Origin: Phoronis australis | Lineage: Eukaryota > Animalia > Phoronida | Length of the DNA stretch: 64,000 nucleotides | Assembly: GCA_002633005.1 (NCBI GenBank) | Contig: NMRA01000143.1 | Coordinates: 377,402 to 441,401, forward strand | Direction: 5' to 3' | Shown here: positions 63,116 to 64,000 of the stretch, in pieces | Position numbering within the stretch: position 1 is the stretch's first letter | Layout: each line of letters starts with the position of its first letter | Notes under the pieces: model-generated | The model's input: the letters and a program-made list of their open reading frames with translations, nothing else | Told to the model about the DNA's origin: nothing | Databases searched by the model: none | Program-made: the position numbers and the translations under genes

Positions 63116-64000
63116 TTAAGTCTCTCACCTTGTTTGGCTTCAAACAGTTGTGTCAAAAATGTGTTCATCATATATTTCTAATTTTATTTAATTCGTTTTT
63201 TATTAGGTGTCCCTGCATTTTGCTTATTTTTACCCCATCCAAAGTATTTTGATGATTTAAGCAGTCTAGCATTGGCCTTCTGCTTGTCTCTCGATCTTCA
63301 CCTTATAAATTACATTTGAGCACACTAAGACACTGAAATCAATAAGTAAAGGTGACTTGAAGATGATCAGAATTTGATCCTATTACAAACTGTGTGGTAC
63401 ATCCTGTCTAAGGGGAGCCTGTACAACAGATAGTCGTAATAACCGTCCGCAAAGGTCAGTTTGTTTTCATGATTGTCTGTCAGATATATAGCACTATTTC
63501 TAGACATCTATGTGAAGATCACAGGGCATGTAAGTAGCTAGTACTTGTTTGTGTAAGTCTCATGGCCTAGTTTATAATCATGTTAGACAATTATTGTTAA
63601 TAATTCTATTATTTTTTGTGTAATTATTTCGGCAATTGATCACATCTGTAGTAACTGTTAGCCAATTTTGTAATCGTGAAAATTATGTATCTATTATTGG
63701 TTGTTGTGATGGTGGTAATTATTGTTATGAAATATCCAATATTGAACTAGGTGCTTGTAAACCAATATACAGACCTTTGAGTTACTATGTACCTGCAACA
63801 TAAGGTCCTTTCCTAGTAATGTTTGTCAACTCGTCAATGTTTTGGGGAGTTGCGGTCAGTATGAACGGTTAGCTCTGCCCCTCCTCTTGGCGACTGCAAA
63901 AAAATAAAACAGCAAAAGCATGAGGAAATATTGAGTTTATTAATTAACCCCAGTAATTAATATTATATAGCCATAAGAAGATTTGACTATATGTAAAATT

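Overview
Intron-rich, AT-rich animal genomic DNA with scaffold gaps. It is probably a marine invertebrate deuterostome, which is an inference from gene structure and repeat content. I reconstructed four protein-coding genes exon by exon from GT-AG boundaries and phase continuity: TIMM44 (minus strand, 3' end runs off the window start), FBXW2 (plus, head-to-head with TIMM44), CCDC112 (plus) and nicalin/NCLN (minus, tail-to-tail with CCDC112). Introns and the region beyond 52.6 kb hold many non-autonomous DNA transposons, several with readable target-site duplications (TSDs), a decayed Penelope-like retroelement, a decayed Sola3-type transposon and many minisatellites. The most notable unexplained signal is a 62-nt hairpin duplicated in two consecutive NCLN introns whose substitutions mostly preserve pairing (candidate H/ACA-type guide or miRNA). 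Also notable are tandem repeats seeded on splice sites, a 26-bp micro-transposon with an 8-bp TSD, a MITE carrying a Pol III/tRNA-like cassette with a filled/empty allele pair, and a perfect heat-shock element in a putative solo LTR. No CRISPR array, rRNA or bona fide tRNA gene was seen. Homology calls come from recalled sequences, not from database searches.
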